A stretch of 64,000 nt of DNA from NCBI GenBank assembly GCA_030704615.1, contig CM060731.1:84134001-84198000 (forward strand), written 5' to 3'. Each line of letters begins with the position of its first letter. Position 1 is the first letter of the stretch. This DNA comes from Takakia lepidozioides. Its lineage: Eukaryota; Plantae; Bryophyta. This document shows, one piece after another, positions 62,801-64,000 of this stretch. The position numbers were made by a program, and so were the translations under genes. The notes beneath the pieces were generated by a model. The model was not told the origin of the DNA. It did not search any database and was given only the letters and a program-made list of their open reading frames with translations.

Positions 62801-63600
62801 AACAGGAACAGGTGGAAACTCGAAGATGACATTGCCATCGACTTCGGGAGGCAGAAACGTTACCTTTTTGACTGGGAATTTGGCATAGTCGAGAGCAGCC
62901 AGCTCGGAGCGAGAACCATCGAGGTGATGTTGTCGTAGGAGCTGCACAATGGACCGGGTTGGAGTTATGCTCGAGGGCACATGCGTAGCACTACAGAGAC
63001 GTCCATGCCGGATTTGAACGACCGTGTGGAGGACATGGGTACCTCAATGCAATCATCTTCCTCGTCGGAAATGTCGAATACGTCCACACGAGAAGCTATG
63101 GAGGGTCTTGACGGTCCAGGTCGGGAATGATTATCGTTGCATACCTCTCTGTTGGCAGTGGCCGCCTGTCAGTTTCCGGACTCCTTTGTGGATGGTGTGG
63201 GCAGCGACTGATTCGGAAAGGGAATGGGCATTCCCACAGCTCGGTACAGGATGGTGTCTGATGGGGGGACGCGCCATTCCATTCCGCAACCTCCGTCGTT
63301 ACCTAGCACGACAATGGTCTCGTCAACCTGCCCAGAAACATCCTTCCTTTCTTCTTCCAAATAAATTGTGCCCGGTTTGAGCTTGAATTTAGAACAAAGG
63401 TAAGTTTCAGTCACTCTGCAAAGTCCTCCCTCGTTTGGGATCCAGGCTCTCCCAAGTTGGGGAGGACAACAAACTATAGCGTAGGAATTCGGAGCCATCG
63501 AAGACCGCACGAAGTTGGCAAGTGCAAGGATCAGTATAGCGAGAGACCAAGGCTCATAGGCACCACGTCAGTGGTAATGCGGAGTCCATCGCCGATTGAA
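59890..63600 (-). pseudogene. Mutator-superfamily GCM-like/DDE/SWIM transposase (family B copy)
   Basis: DGHPW..CAGKLRCLNPTC..HVGVHCHP; FDHIKR, FMADNAQAN, CGFHW and NMAESVH; SWIM finger CTCTDF..PCKHLYY. Intron near 61320-61401 is at the same position as in copy 1. Frameshifts present; start uncertain. Confidence 0.87.
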
Positions 63601-64000
63601 GTAGAAGTATTGTTTCAAGCTACATGCATGAAGGTGGGCGGTGTGATTCCATATGCAGTAAGTGACACAATGATGGCCGATTCGGCGACGAAAATAACAT
63701 CTCCTGACAGTGGATCAAGTAGTAGTATTCGGGGTGCAGACATGAACGTTCGCACTGTCAAGTGCCAGGGGTGCTAGTTAAAACGGTTAGATACCCAAGT
63801 TGTGCTCATTAACACAGGCCGCAATTGTGTTGTTTCGGAGCACTGCAACCCATTGCACATGGATGAATGGGAAGGCGGTCCCGCAACCCAGTTCGACATC
63901 ATCCACTCCTTGATTGTGATCGGAAATGCGGTACCGGATTTCCGTCCGATTTCTTTCATTGGAATCCAGAGAGGTTACCCATATCTGACGTGTGTGCTAC

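Overview
TE-dense nuclear region of a land plant, probably a non-seed plant (inferred from GT-AG introns, an AP2/ERF gene, a plant-type tRNA-Leu and the TE families). From left to right it holds: a CACTA/En-Spm element with head-to-head TnpA- and TnpD-like genes (68-8753); a Mutator-like element with a GCM-like/DDE/SWIM transposase (10895-14830, -) facing a divergent intron-containing cargo gene (15262-19255, +); the 3' half of a Gypsy element with a long extra ORF (19256-25587); a LINE ORF1 remnant; a second cargo copy that retains its 3' half (28732-32799); a LINE 3' fragment; a deleted Mutator-like derivative; a chromovirus with an internal inversion (36297-42065, TSD GGGAC); a small host island (tRNA-Leu pseudogene, START/SRPBCC gene, AP2/ERF gene); a disrupted Copia; kinase and RNase HI remnants; and another near-complete Mutator-like transposase (59890-63600). 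The most notable system is the cargo gene. It encodes an N-terminal ParB/Srx-like domain (DGNHR) fused to a C-terminal beta-class amino (N4C/N6A) DNA methyltransferase. Both copies carry arrays of ~22-bp palindromes at equivalent non-coding positions, with a shared CGTYRACG core, copy-specific arms and compensatory changes. This suggests a transposon-borne ParB/parS-like self-recognition and DNA-modification module (inference). All TE genes here are damaged by stops or frameshifts. Domain calls come from visual motif recognition, not database searches.
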